From contig CAVWLP010000002.1 in the NCBI GenBank assembly GCA_963755915.1, positions 2,304,001-2,368,000 on the forward strand: a stretch of DNA of 64,000 nt, written 5' to 3'. The stretch is from an uncultured Phycisphaerales bacterium (GTDB lineage Bacteria; Planctomycetota; Phycisphaerae; Tepidisphaerales; Tepidisphaeraceae). This document shows, one piece after another, positions 63,115 through 64,000 of this stretch. The notes below the pieces were generated by a model. That model ran no database searches, was not told where the DNA came from, and worked only from the letters and a program-made list of their open reading frames with translations. The translations under genes were made by a program, and so were the position numbers. Every line of letters starts with the position of its first letter. Position 1 is the stretch's first letter.

Positions 63115-64000
63115 GCGAAACGCGTGCGAAAATAGGATTGCAGGAGCTCGAGGCCGAGATTCAGACCGGTCGGAAGTTGGCGACGCAGTCGGTGCGGGAG
63201 TTTCTCTCGACGGTGGCGCTGGTTTCGGAGGTGAATCTGGCGCAGGTGCTGATCGCGCTGTGGGACAGCGGGTTTTATGAATATGTCAGAAAGCATGAGC
63301 GTGTGGAGCCGGCGCGGTGCTGCGAGGAACTGGGGCTGGAGCCATCGATATTCAATGAGTTGATTAATTACCTGGTGGGGCGGGGGATTTTTGAGCCGGT
63401 TGATGGGGGGCTTCAGTTAAGTGAGAAGGGGCGGCCGTATTGGAATTATGTGACGCGCGGAGTGCTGACGGCGCATGTGGGGGGATATAACCAACTCCTG
63501 GTGCATCTGGGGCCGCTGGTTCGGGGGGAGATGAAGCTGGACGATCGGCGGTTGGATCGGGATGGGAGGCTGGTGGGGGTGGGGGCGAATTATACGCTGC
63601 TGGGGAGCGGGACGGTGCCGTGGGTGGCGCGGGTGATCAATGAGCTGGGGGGGAAATTTGTGCTGGATGTGGGATGCGGGGGGGGATTGTTTCTGGTGCA
63701 TTTGGCGCTGAAATGGCCGGGTGGCGGGGGAGTGGGGATCGATATGGATGGCGGGGCGATCGCGGCGGCGAAGAGGCATGCGGAGGATTATGGGGTGAGC
63801 GATCGGGTGAAGTTTAGGCAGGCGAAGCTTTCGCCCGAGCCGATCGATCTGCCGAGGGAGACGATTGAGAAGGTGGATGTGGTGACGGCGATGTATGTGC
63901 TGCATGAATTTGGGGGGATGGGTGGGGTGGAGATGATTTCGAAGATGATCGGGTGGATTAAGAAGCAGTTTCCGGGGAGGAAACTGATTCTGGCGGAGGG
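63111..64000 (+). CDS. SAM-dependent methyltransferase with N-terminal winged-helix region (partial, runs off window)
   Basis: Open frame from ATG 63111 to the window end (not in the ORF track): VLDVGCGGG, GIDMD, AMYVLHE. Confidence 0.85.
   Translation, partial: MSETRAKIGLQELEAEIQTGRKLATQSVREFLSTVALVSEVNLAQVLIALWDSGFYEYVRKHERVEPARCCEELGLEPSIFNELINYLVGRGIFEPVDGGLQLSEKGRPYWNYVTRGVLTAHVGGYNQLLVHLGPLVRGEMKLDDRRLDRDGRLVGVGANYTLLGSGTVPWVARVINELGGKFVLDVGCGGGLFLVHLALKWPGGGGVGIDMDGGAIAAAKRHAEDYGVSDRVKFRQAKLSPEPIDLPRETIEKVDVVTAMYVLHEFGGMGGVEMISKMIGWIKKQFPGRKLILAE

Overview
High-GC bacterial DNA. The PilM-type proteins, PEP-CTERM/exosortase system and gene styles suggest Planctomycetota, possibly Phycisphaerae; this is an inference. 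About 25 genes are split by single-base indels with almost no in-frame stops, which most likely reflects an unpolished long-read assembly. Layout: (1) 0.1-14.7 kb is a very compact phage-derived head/tail cluster (TerS, TerL, Mu-type portal and protease/scaffold, decoration protein, major capsid protein, tail completion, tail tube, tail chaperone with a -1 slippery site, fibre). It has no tape measure, integrase, replication or lysis gene in view. It is interrupted by a lower-GC TIGR04255-like/unknown/PIN-like triplet and ends in a PEP-CTERM gene, an atypical CI-like repressor, a perfect operator palindrome and a sigma-region-4-like gene. It is a candidate domesticated, GTA-like element. (2) 14.7-20.2 kb is a pilM/N/O-like operon. 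(3) 20.4-29.3 kb holds mtaB, dtd, a glycosyltransferase, cupin, alcohol dehydrogenase, catalase-related peroxidase, flavin-dependent halogenase, a four-helix-bundle gene and tmRNA. (4) 30.2-64 kb is a co-oriented polysaccharide/exosortase locus led by a NusG/UpxY-type antiterminator and ending in a coronafacic-acid-like (cfa1/3/4/5) ACP-KS-KS'-ligase cassette. A dispersed family of 7-bp-periodic DNA repeats runs across the window, some inserted in frame in genes, along with a steep C-rich to extremely G/T-rich strand-skew switch.
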